From: Eremomyces bilateralis CBS 781.70
Lineage: Eukaryota
Strand: one strand, 5' to 3'
Length of the DNA: 64,000 nt
NCBI GenBank assembly: GCA_010015585.1
Contig: ML975186.1
In this document: in pieces, positions 11,501-22,861 of the stretch
How the letters are laid out: the number at the start of each line of letters is the position of its first letter
How positions within the stretch are numbered: position 1 is the first letter of the stretch
Program-made: the position numbers and the translations under genes
The notes under the pieces: generated by a model
What the model was told of the DNA's origin: nothing
Databases searched by the model: none
What the model saw: only the letters and a program-made list of their open reading frames with translations

Positions 11501-14500
11501 CCGCAGCAACATCGATACTGTTCTCATCAGTGTAGACGCCATTTGCGGACTTTTTGCGGGCTGATCGGAGGTCTACTCGTCCACTTTTGATAGTGATGAG
11601 CCTACTCCAAACATTTTTCAACCCTGGAGTTTCGGCATACAATCTCGCAAATCGAAGCCTTGCAAATGGCGCGGACCATCGGTGCCATCCTGTCTCCAAT
11701 GAAAATATCTGCATCATCAAAGGAGGATCCGCGGGCATCGAAGCCTTGATCTGAATGAATGCAGCTCGGAAATCCAGAGTCACGGTCTCTGTCAACCCCA
11801 TGAAGGCATCGGGGGCTGTAGAGGATTCGTCTGGAGAGCGGGGGTATGACGGCGAGCTAGATATTCCAGATGACTTCTCGGAAACAGGGAAGAGGAACTC
11901 GGATTTCGGCGAAGTAGGAGAGGGGGCGGTTGGAGAGAGAGGGAATGACGAGCTTCGGGAGAAAACGCTGCGAGAGCGTCCGGATTGATTAGATAACGGG
12001 CCGATGAACGTCCGCAGCAATACCATAGTCGCAAGATCCACGGCGAAATGGCGATACAGTGAGTAGTTAATGTAGAGCGCTCGTGTGAAGGAATTGATGT
12101 GCAGGATCGGTCCTTTCCCATCTGTGGAGGTTGAGAAAGCGACCTCAAAGCGAGGAAGCGTCAAAAATGGAGTCGGTTCCCACATCTCTGAGGACTCGAT
12201 AACAAACGCATCGAGGCCGTGCAAGTGTATAGCAAGTCTTCGACCATCGCTTGAGCGTAGATTACGTTTGCGGGGACTTCGGGGCGTTGAAGGCCGGAGC
12301 AGGATGTCTTCCGGGTTGACGGTACGAGAACTTCCTCGCTTTCTGACTATCCGAGCGGATAGTTCATCAGCCTTGTTCGCTTTGTATTCGGCATACCAAC
12401 TTTCGAGGTGAATCGCAACACCTTTAGCGTTGGAGCTGATCTCGGGGTCAATGCCAGCGATCTCAATATTGAAATCAGAGCCCTGAAATTGAGCATTCAT
12501 CAACCAAGAAGGGACGCTTCGGAGAAGACTCGGAGTAGGTTCGTTTAGAGATGCTCGCGGTGCTCGTAGGAAGCGATCATTCTGAATTTGAGAAACAATC
12601 TGGCGGACGCCTTCACTAATTTCCGGACGAACCATATGCACACTGAAGGTTTGAGCGTTGAAACTTGCTATCACCGCGACATCCGGGCTGGCACTGATTT
12701 GTACCTTGGCCTCGAGACTATCGGTAGTCAGTAGACTGTGTTTCTCCCCTTCCGAAGTTTGGTAGTAGAGTTGGTGTGAGGAGATTCGGGAATTCGACGA
12801 TAAGGAATAATGAAGGTCTCCAGCTGCGGAATGTGAAGAGTCGACATCAAGGGAGACAGAAGACATAGCGCTGATTAGAAGATCATATTGATCAGTGCCA
12901 CGCAAGGCTGCATCCATTGGCGGCAGCGTTATACGGACAACCGGTTCGTGGATAGAAATTTTGATGTTGGCCTTGGGTAGCAACCTTGAGATGATGTGCC
13001 TCTGGCGCTTCGCAGGTGCCGAAGTAAATTTTGTCCTCTTCTGATATTTCATCAGAGCGATGATCAGAGGCAAATGTTTCGGATCTAAATCGATCGATGG
13101 GGAAGTAATGACAAGGTTCGCAAACAAGATGTTGGTGTTACGTTCCGCGAAAGTCTTCTCCTCCGAGCCTTGGATGGTCTTCGATGGCAAGGTAGTCCGT
13201 ACGGTTGCTGTGGCCATCGGTACATAGAGCAATCGTTCGGGATGATCGTTCCCGTCGTCGATGCCAACCGAGATCGAGATCGCCGCAATGAGAGCTTGGT
13301 GCGCAATGTCGGAGGGTGAGAAGTACATGAGATGCGCCGGACTCTTGGGATCGAGTCTCATCAGGTCTAATCCAAGCTCTTTCATGGACATGTCTAGGAA
13401 GACGGGCGCACCGGACGATTGAACAGACCGGATCCTCTTTGTCAATCCAAAGAATGTGGTGGCAAATTGGATCTCCTGGATGCCTCTGAGTATGGAGGAC
13501 ACAAATTCCTTAGAGTCAGATACTGTCTGGGAAATAGAGGTTTCTTTGCTGCCAGGGGCATCAAACTCTTCCATCAAATCCGTAAAGGTAATGTCGCTCT
13601 GGCTGTCCTTCAGGTCAAAGCTACCATATGCTCGTCGACAATGCTTAACTCGTTCCGACATGGTCCGCACATCGTCGTATGGTATGGTGACTCTCCCAAG
13701 TTTGAGCCCAATCGATGCATCTCGTAGTCCATCGAGATGCTGGTAAAGAAATCCATGGATGTTCAGATTGCAGTTATCCAGGATCTCGGTACTTTCTTTA
13801 CCCTCAGGCGTGAGGAGTACGCTTCGAAGATTCATAATCCACTCGGCAGGTTTCTTTCCAGCAGATCGGGTCCTTCGATTTTGATAAAGCCGAGCGCGGT
13901 CCACGGTCTTCCGGCGTGTGTCCACAGCCAAAGTGAAGTACGCCATCTGAATTGTCCCAACATCTTCGATAACCACCATGGAGTCTGTCGCGACCAGATC
14001 GAACATTCTAATCCAATGGATTTTTCGATGCATCCGCTTTATTCGCTCTTTCCATTCTGTCAGTCTCTTCCAAAGTCGACTCCGCTCCTCCTCTTCACTC
14101 TCTTCCTCCGGTTCCGGGGATTGTCGGCCTGGTAATGGAGAGTTTGGACGAGATTCGTCATCATCACCGTCGTCCGTAGATCGTAGTAATGCGCCGTTTC
14201 CTCTCCACACTCCCCATCGACTCCGGCCTTTCTTGTTTTTGCTCTTGCCCAGTGTCCGCAGGTCAATAAGAACCTTCAACTCCGTGAATTTTATACTGAT
14301 CCATGTAGGTTGTGCAAATGTGGGGCGATGAATCGCGAACCCTATGCCCCGAATCTCTATCCGCACCCCCTCTTTCGGATTGAAAGCGACGCGCCGGAAG
14401 CCCGAGAAGCCTAGTCGTTGTATCGATATGCCCGTAACGATCCGTAAAAGTGCAAAGAGCACAAAGGTACCCAGGTACGCTAGGATGGCGATACCAAGGA

Positions 14501-14525
14501 GGAATGAGGGTGTTGGAATTGCCAT
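5517..14525 (-). CDS. FMP27: Bridge-like lipid transfer protein of the Fmp27/Hobbit/BLTP2 family (Apt1 C-terminal domain)
   Basis: 2926-aa ORF with an N-terminal TM anchor, ARSW, GFWDK and WPPW signature motifs and an Apt1-like YRNKTWS. The ORF runs into intron 5736-5783. Exon 5638-5735, intron 5569-5637 and exon 5517-5568 give the end ...STRRKSKLLLGKRFLQH*. Confidence 0.95.
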
Positions 14526-15339
14526 TGTTGGGTCGTCGCTAGGGATGAACTATGGTTCTTGAGTGCCCTTCATGGTGGATATCGGCCGGGGAATCGAATA
14601 ATCTGGATGGGAGACAAAGGTCGGATGCGCCGCGCCGAGTGGTCACGGCGAGCGTGTAATCCTCCACCGGAAGTTCCACCATTCCCCTTCAAGGCTTGTG
14701 TTGCAGGTGGGTCTTCAGCACCATTCGACGATGCTGGGGAGAAGTATCACGTCTTGACCTGGTTCAGGTCCCAACTAACGATACGCGACAAGGGGGTCTT
14801 CATATAACAAGGTCCCCAAGGAGAGGTATGTCGAAGGAATTGGTTTAGAGAGAGTGAAGGTCAAGGCTTCCGCGAATGACTGTGGTATTCGCAAACCGAA
14901 GCCGACCGGACATCAGATTGTTGAATGGTTCGGAGGAGCTGATGATATCCGTCAGGCATCATTCTTGAAATCTCACTGATGCCCCAGGCATTCATTCCTC
15001 CGCTGGCTCAAGCTCTGCGCCCTCTGGGGACCGAGCTTCCGTTCTTAGGCTCTGACGGTTCTGTGGGGTTTGTCAGCTTGGGCCACATCGTATTCCGTAC
15101 CTCCGTACCAATGAATGACGAGGACATATAGCCACGTGACTGTGTTTGTGCCCTGTAGCCTTGTGGACTTGAATATCAGACGAGCTTGCTTTTTCAAGTT
15201 TCATCATCATTCTCCAGTATTCCTACGTCAAGAAGTCCAGTTTTGTGCGTACCTACATAAAAATCGAAGGCAATTAGGCAAAGACGAATGTTGAAAGTCA
15301 AACATTCCTTTGTAAAATCCATTAGCTATCACAAGCTAG

Positions 15340-16290
15340 ATGGCTCTGAACGCGTATGAGGCGCGTCGCGCCGAACAGATTTCCCGAAACAAACGACTTC
15401 TTAATGACCTGGGACTTGATAAACCTCAGGAACAGGCTACATCCAGTCACAGACCTGCGAAGAAGAGGAGGTTTGATTCTGGCGTTCCGTCAGACCCTGC
15501 CCGAAGTTCTACAAGACTGTCAACTGCCCGGTGGAGGCCGAACTCTGCAGAGCTAGGACACGAAGCAGGCTCTGATGCGGGTCATCGTCCATCATCGGCT
15601 ACGAGGATGCCAGTGTCCGCCTCTTCGCATTATCCAATATCGAAAGAGCAGCTGGATGAAATCCGATTAGGTTGGACTACGTGGACTGCAACAGAGCCTA
15701 GGCCTACACGAGATGCGAGCGGGACACTCCATTTCGCGTCTCATCCGGACTTCCAGCCCAATAAATCCCCATCCGAAATTCTTCGCGAAGGCTCCTTCGG
15801 AGGGACGTACTTCCGGCCTCTTTACTCGAAAGCGCTAGGGACTACCATTTCGGACGACTGGCGCGAACTTCCTTCTTCCTGGGTTAAAGGACTAAACATT
15901 TCAAAGTTTCTAACGAGTTCAGAATACGATCCGACGATCAATAAGTTCGGCGTCGCGTGTGGTCAGAGCATCGAAGAATGGGAGGCGGCCGGGTGGATTC
16001 ACCACCAGTACGATGTTCGTGGATGGCTTCAGTGGTATTGTCGCTTCTTCATGGGCAGACGATGTGACGATGATGAGTGGCAAATCGGCCGGTGGATGAG
16101 ATGCGCTGGGGATACGGGACGCTGGAAAAGAGCGCTTCTGAAGAACTATGTGGCGATGGGCGTCAGGAATGTCGCGGACGAGGGCCTTGACGAAGCGGAG
16201 AGTGTCAGTCCCGTGATACACCAGACTTGTCACCACTGGGCCTTCGAGGCTAAGCAGCCTATCCTCGACGAGTTCTGGGAAACGCAATAG
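15340..16290 (+). CDS. Conserved uncharacterised protein (FxPN..P...GSFGGTYF / GWxQWYCRF..GRR..DD..QI.RW domain)
   Basis: Intronless 316-aa ORF with an N-terminal YE..R...I.RN..LL..LGL helix, an NLS-like PAKKRR and a Trp-rich globular C-terminal domain that I recognise as a widely conserved uncharacterised family. Confidence 0.85.
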   Translation: MALNAYEARRAEQISRNKRLLNDLGLDKPQEQATSSHRPAKKRRFDSGVPSDPARSSTRLSTARWRPNSAELGHEAGSDAGHRPSSATRMPVSASSHYPISKEQLDEIRLGWTTWTATEPRPTRDASGTLHFASHPDFQPNKSPSEILREGSFGGTYFRPLYSKALGTTISDDWRELPSSWVKGLNISKFLTSSEYDPTINKFGVACGQSIEEWEAAGWIHHQYDVRGWLQWYCRFFMGRRCDDDEWQIGRWMRCAGDTGRWKRALLKNYVAMGVRNVADEGLDEAESVSPVIHQTCHHWAFEAKQPILDEFWETQ

Positions 16291-16570
16291 TAGGTAACGA
16301 TTCAAGGGTATGGACATTCATTTCCATACTAATACTATAATTGAACATGAATTTGCTTGGGTGGTCGGTTGGGTCATAGGTCACACCATTGTATCACGGC
16401 GACGTGGGTTCAACGATTTCTTTCATCTACTTCACTATGTGGTCTCCTAGTCTGATCCATGGCCGGCAATCTATGCTTGCCCTGCTGCCGCTTTAGTATG
16501 GCTTCTATTTCAGATACTTTTTGCTTTTCCTTACTTCCTCCTTTATGAACCGCCTCCCATCTTGGGCCCT

Positions 16571-16934
16571 CTATGCGCCATCAATTTCTACCTTCGATTT
16601 GTAGAAAGCGACATATCCTTTGATACTCAGCGCCTTCTCTTTCGGATCGGGATAGTACCAAGCGGCATCTTCCAACACTTCGTCTCCGACCTTGATAGTG
16701 TAGTATGACGCTATCCCTTTCCAGGGACAAAACGTGGTGGTTTTAGTCTCCGTGAAGTGGGCGGTTTTCAGGCTCTCCGGCGGAAACTGAGATCTGTCAG
16801 CACGGAGAGATGGGCGAATCTAAGCATGAGTCTGGTACACTCACGTATATGTTCGACTCAACGACCTCGTACTTTTCAGAGGCGGCAATGATTATGCCGT
16901 TGATCTTTGCGGTAACGTGGCCGGACTTCGACAT
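16571..16934 (-). CDS. DUF427 domain protein (missed by ORF track)
   Basis: Exons 16845-16934 and 16571-16786, intron 16787-16844 (GTGAGT...CTGAC...CAG). Protein MSKSGHVTAKINGIIIAASEKYEVVESNIY/FPPESL...TFCPWKGIASYY...DAAWYYPDPK...IKGYVAFYK contains the CPWKG and AAWxYPxP motifs. Confidence 0.92.
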
Positions 16935-17772
16935 CGTGGTTACAGGTTATCTGGTGTACAACGTTGGAGTAAAGCTGGATTCTAAGTTGGATAAATGTAA
17001 AGAAGAAGTCCACTCGAACAAAGATTCAGAACTATCGCTCGTTCCAATTATATCTAATTCACATCATCATGGATAATTTGATGCGATGATGCTTACGAAT
17101 CGAGCATCGACGAATCAACCAATCAGACGGCCAAGCAGGATTAATAATCGACTGAGAACTGTACATCCATCTTGTTGATCATACTTTGCTCTTGATGTCT
17201 ACCATTTGAATGCTTGTTGGAACCCTTCTTAATTCTAACTTCAGCCTCTTGTGCTCCCTCAGGTAAGCGATTAAACCAGTTTATCACAATTTGGGACCTT
17301 AGGTAAGTACCACGCTCATCATCCACATCGAGCTTAGAATCCGAATCCAACGGATGTCCTCAGGGAATGCTGTATCACAGAAATTGACGTTAAGTGCTTT
17401 TCGGAGATTTGCTTATGAGTACTCTATCTATTTCATACTACATTTCTTGGATTGACAAGCAGATCCGAATGACTCTTTTGCCCAAAAATATTGATGACTC
17501 TTGCTTCTATGTCGTACAAAGATGACCGCTCACAGGACAGTTCAGGCTAGGAAATGCTATAATGCAGCAATCCGTGGAACAGGAATACTGAAAGCTTCAT
17601 AATAGTTCTGAGGTTAGTGTATACCGCAGGACGGATACTCAACATCAGATGCATCGTGCATGGATTATGCAACACCTTGAACTGACGCGGGGTGGCGGCT
17701 TAAGCTTCACAGGACGGCCGCCACAGCCATTCTGCGAACAGCACATGTCCCTCTACGGCGTGAGAGCACTTT

Positions 17773-17780
17773 TGAGCACA
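17773..17780 (-). promoter_or_regulatory. Candidate Mac1/copper-response element TGTGCTCA (distal)
   Basis: TGAGCACA on +, ~700 bp upstream of the Ctr ATG. A related TTTTGAGCC lies ~20 bp downstream. Matches the GCTCA-core copper-sensing element. Confidence 0.5.
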
Positions 17781-18163
17781 TTTCTTCCATTTTTGAGCCA
17801 ATCGCCATTTGCATCTCATTTCAACTGCAACGAAGCCTGGAATTATGAATAGCAGAGTATTGCCCTGAGCTCTGGAGTGGCACGGTCTTACCGAACAGTA
17901 TACCCAGCACTCACTTCCAATTTTTCGGAGTGGTGATAGATCATTGGGGTTAGTTGTGGTCGAACTTTGCGGAAATCCTGGTCTCGGAGTGTGCCGAGCA
18001 ATGTTGAATGGACCGTCGCAGTAGCTTTGTGTCCAAACCAGGGCTTTCCATGCCACAAGGCAATTGCAGTGGTCTGTACTGCAGCTTCAGTTAAGCAACT
18101 TCACGATCCACATTCGGTGGAGTGAGCGTGGGCGACTCCTGCCATAACTGAATGGAGCTGGAT

Positions 18164-18171
18164 TGAGCACA
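18164..18171 (-). promoter_or_regulatory. Candidate Mac1/copper-response element TGTGCTCA (proximal)
   Basis: Second identical TGAGCACA ~300 bp upstream of the Ctr ATG. Confidence 0.55.
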
Positions 18172-18469
18172 ATAAGTCTTGGCTCCCGCATGTGTATTGT
18201 CAAGGACCCCCGGCATATATGTAGGTATGTTTTCCCAACCGCCATCTGCTTTCCGGTTCACCTCACTTGATGTTTACATCGAACATAACTTCACTCCTCC
18301 AGCTTCATTCTAACTTCGCACACTTGGAACGAACATTCACGTACTCCAAATATCTATTTTGCCAAGATCTTTTTGCCGAGAACTTTCACAAGTAACAACC
18401 GAAGTATTCACTGCCACTGAAGTCACTGTCAGCTTGACTTCCTCACGGACGAACCGATTCCCAAGAACC

Positions 18470-19354
18470 ATGTCGATGTCGATGAGCTCAATGGTCGGAA
18501 TGGACCATGGAGACATGGCCATGTCATCTACTGCATCCGCTGCTGCTGCTACTATGACTGCTAAGGCCATGGGGGGAATGAGCATGGGCGGCGGAAGTAG
18601 CTGCAAGATCTCGGTATGTATCTCCTTTATCCTTAGGCGTGGACTGAAAGCTAACGCCCTCCACGATGTTGTGGAATTGGAATGTTAGTAAGTGATTCCC
18701 TTGAATCCAATACGATGTTTCCGCTCCACCCGCTAGCTCCGTGAATTGGCGGTAAAGCCAAGGACCATATACATGTACTGATTCTGCCAACAGTGGACGC
18801 CTGCTTCCTTTCAAAATCCTGGCACATCACCTCCAAGGGCATGTTTGCCGGAAGCTGCATCGGTGTCATCCTTCTAGTCATGGTTCTTGAACTTCTGAGG
18901 CGCCTCGGCAAGGAGTACGACCGCCTGATCCTCCGACAGCACCAAACCGCCATCGGAATCGCGCCTGCCTGCCCCAACCCTGTAGCTGCCGGGAGCGACG
19001 CCGAGAGCGACCCGAAGAACACTGCTGTCACCGGAGCCGCAGCCGTAGGGGCTGTGACCGCCTGTACCGGGCCGACGGCGACCTTCAGGCCTAACGTCTT
19101 GCAGCAGGCGATCCGTGCGCTCTTGCATATGCTCCAATTCGCCGTGGCGTACTTCGTCATGCTGTTGGCGATGTATTACAATGGTTATATAATCATCTGC
19201 ATCTTCATCGGTGCGTTCATTGGCAGCTTTTTGTTCAGCTGGGAGGCGGTTTCATTTGGGTAAGACCCCGTTTCCGCGTCTATTCTGCTACCGTGCAGTC
19301 CGCTAACAGTTCTTCAGCGGACCAAAGGAAGAAGTCACGGTGTGTTGTGGTTGA
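18470..19354 (+). CDS. High-affinity copper transporter, Ctr family (Ctr3/Ctr4-like)
   Basis: Met-rich N-terminus, CKIS/MLWNW, DACFLSKSWHI, MLLAM (MxxxM), GAFIG and terminal VTVCCG*. Exons 18470-18613, 18666-18687, 18794-19259, 19318-19354. Intron 1 ends in CG rather than AG (see findings). Confidence 0.93.
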
Positions 19355-20449
19355 TCTTGAGTCCCGGGACCGTCGAATTTACCGGAGCTTGAACCAATTT
19401 CGCCATTCCAGTGAGCAATCGTATTCTTAAGCTAGTCCAAACGGATCGGGTTCAGTATGAGTTAATTCTTGCATTATGAGGGATGGACTGCAGCATCCCA
19501 CTTCTCATCTGAGATTCCAGTATCCGAATACCTTGACCCCACGCATCCGAGTTTTAACAGAGAGCGGCAACATTCTGATAGCAATGGACGTCTAACCCAG
19601 CAAACTTTATGAGTCGTGAATTTCGATACAGCCCGGCTTGATCTTGAATTGCGGGTTGACGTCCCTGAAACACGGCTTCGGTCTCCCAGATGATAAGTTC
19701 AATTGCCTAAAAGAATCGTTCTGCCTCGTCTTGGTGATCTCTCTCCTCAATGCACTGGCCGCACTGCTCTGTCTTGAGCGATGGTTCTGTAGTGATAGGG
19801 GATGTTTTGGCCTTGTAGCCTTGTGGCCTCGCCTGCGCGCCAGCGCTCCCCGCCCACACACCAACTTGTATCCCTACCTCCACCCCACCCCTACTCAGGG
19901 GAAAGATTTCATCATCCCGATCTCTTGACCATTCTTACATATCATCGCAATAAAATTGCGTTCCCAGCCTGTTTTCTAAGCCTATCTACGCTTGATTGTA
20001 CTGCGTGACAAAGGTCCTATGAACGCATGCATTGATCCTCGCTCCAACAAGGATGATGTTGCAACTGACCGTTGACGGCCAGGGGACGAATCTGATGACC
20101 TTCCATGTCGAGACGACTAGAGTATGGATCTGCAACCCGTCAGGTACAAGCTCCCTGTACTATCTATCATCAAATTTGAAATACAATCCTCGCGATATCC
20201 GCTGCATAGGTAGCTTCCTACAATGGATTCCTTGGCCATGGAAGCTGGTCTGGCGCTGGGGAGATAGGATTGCGCGATTCCGACGATTAATTTGCTGCAG
20301 TGATATGCGACTTCCCATCTTGCCGGTATCACTTGTGATTGAGGTAGGACACCCGATCTGCCATCATTCAAAAGAGCTGGGATTCCTCAACATGTTTGGT
20401 GCTCTATTCGGTTTCGTCAAATTTCCGACTGAAGGTTTATCTACCCAAA

Positions 20450-22814
20450 ATGATTACTTCAGCCATTCCCCTCGTTCTCGTTCTGATTTCTAGTCTTGTC
20501 CATGCCATAGACTCCCCGCAAGACCAAAACAAGCTCCTGTCATTCAACGAAACCGTGGTGACCCAAACCCTGCGTGCAGAACGGGCCTCTTATGACTGGG
20601 TCTCTACAGGAGAGGATGGAGAATATATCACGAGCCAAAACGGAAACCTGGTGATCGAGAATGTCGCATCGAACAAGTCGGAAGTATGGCTGTCGTCGGT
20701 CCAAATCCCCGAGGACTACTGGGAATACTGGATCAAGCCGGACGCGACGAAGGTCCTATGGGCGGTTAATTATACGAAGCAGTATCGCTATTCATATTTT
20801 GCCTCGTACCTCGTCCTTGACGTCGCAAGTGGCATCACAGAACCTCTTGTGGACGACCAAATCGGAGACATCCAGTACGCTACGTGGAGCCCGACCGATG
20901 ATGTGATCGCATTCGTCCGAGGGAATGATCTATATGTCTGGGATGCCGGCAATGTCACCCAGGTCACCTTCGACGGCGGCCCAGACACGTTCAACGGCGT
21001 CCCCGACTGGGTCTACGAGGAAGAAATTCTCGGCGACCGACACTCTCTGTGGTTCAGCCCCGATGGTGACAAGCTCGCCTATCTCGCCTTCAATGAGACT
21101 GGCGTTGAAACGTTCACGGTGCCCTATTATATGGACGGCGAAGATGCGCCGCCATATCTACGAGAGCTTGACCTTCGATACCCAAAGGTTGGAACGAAGA
21201 ATCCCACCGTCTCGTTTAATGTCTTGGATCTGGGTACATTCAGAGCCACCAGGTTCCCCACTGATGTTTTTCCAGTCGACGACTTCATTATCGGCGAGGT
21301 TGCATGGCTCGCGTCAGAGCACGCATATGTCGCCTATCGCGCTTATAATCGCGTTCAGGATCACGAGAAAATCGTGCTGGTCAACGCTGTAACCCTGGGA
21401 AGTACAATAACGCGTGAAAGACAGGTCGAAGAAGGGTGGCTAGATAACAACTTAGCCATTCAGTTCGTTGGAGCGGTCAGTTCCAATTCGACCTACCGCA
21501 ATGGCACTGAATACCATGTTGATCTTTCTGATTCTTCTGGATACAACCACCTCTACCTTTTCTCTGTTCAGGCTGGGAAAGCCATTCCCCTCACTTCAGG
21601 GGACTGGGAAGTTACAGGTGAGTGGCACATCCTAGGACCCGGAGACCACAATACTAACTTGAGCGATAGATATTCTTAAGGTCGATACTGCTCGGTCGTT
21701 GATCTATTACCGGTCTACGGAGCATCATAGTACAGAACGTCATATCTTCTCTATCAACTATCAGACACTCGAAAAAAAGCCTCTCGTCGACCCAAATGAG
21801 CCCGCTGTCTGGTCGGCATCCTTCAGCAGTGGAGGGGGCTTCTATCTGCTTTCCTACCTAGGCCCAGACGTTCCCTATCAAGAGCTCTACTCCATCAACT
21901 CAACCAAACCACTCCGGACCGTGACGTCTAATGCGGCACTGGCCGAAGCACTGAGGGGATACAAGCTCCCAAAGATCTCCTACTTTGAGCTTGAGCATCC
22001 GTCCGGTGTGACTCTAAATGTCATGCAAAGACTCCCAGCAGATTTCAATCCCCACAAAAAATACCCAGTCCTTTCTCATCCATATGGTGGACCCGGTTCG
22101 CAGAGCGTGAGCAAGTCGTTCCAGCCACTTACATGGGAAGCGTACATCGCGTCCGACCCGGAGCTTCAGTACGCCACGTGGATCATCGACAATCGCGGGA
22201 CCGGATATAAAGGCCGGGCATTCCGTGGTATTGTGACGAAGCAGCTGGGCAAACTGGAAGCTGAAGACCAAGTCTGGGCGGTGCAAGAGCTCTTGAAAAA
22301 GAATAGCTGGGCAGATCCAGAGAAGATAGTGCAGTTTGGTTGGTCATTTGGGGCGTATCTTACGGCCAAGGTCGTCGAGCTTGACTCCGGTGTGATTTCG
22401 CTTGGTCTAATCACAGCCCCGGTAAGTGATTGGCGGTTCTACGACAGCATGTACACCGAGCGATACATGAAGACTCCTGAACTGAACCCAGGAGGTTACG
22501 AAGAGACTGCCGTAGAAAAGGTCGATGGTTTTAAGAACATCGCAGGAGGAATATTGATTCAACATGGCACTGGAGATGACAATGTGCACTTCGCTAATTC
22601 TGCTGTTCTCGTCGATACGTTGATCTCAGGGGGTATCAGTCCGGAAAAGATGCAGGTGCAGTGGCTCACGGACAGCGACCATAGCATTGTGTTTCACGGA
22701 GGCAACTTGTTCCTTTACAAGCAGCTCACGAAGAAGCTGTACGAGGAGAAAAAGAGAGTCAGTCCAAGTGGAGGCCACTCATGGAGCAAAAGAGCTGCTC
22801 CGCTTTCCGCATGA
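20450..22814 (+). CDS. DPP4: Secreted dipeptidyl peptidase IV (peptidase S9B)
   Basis: Signal peptide [26 protein letters not shown] motif and catalytic GWSFG / DDNVH / DSDH. Intron 21618-21669 (GTGAGT...CTAAC...TAG) joins the two ORFs. Confidence 0.95.
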
Positions 22815-22861
22815 TCATTAGATATATCTTAGCCCCGCAATCAAGAAAGCGAATATATTGT

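Noticed and set aside
5965..14562. Numerous + strand ORFs antisense to FMP27, and similar shadows over RIB1, rhomboid, RING, MIP1 and HAD
   Set aside because: Expected by-products of codon bias and high GC on the opposite strand. No recognisable motifs.
14700..14780. tRNA T-arm/B-box-like GGTTCAGGTCC (similar at ~58150 on minus)
   Set aside because: No cloverleaf or acceptor stem.
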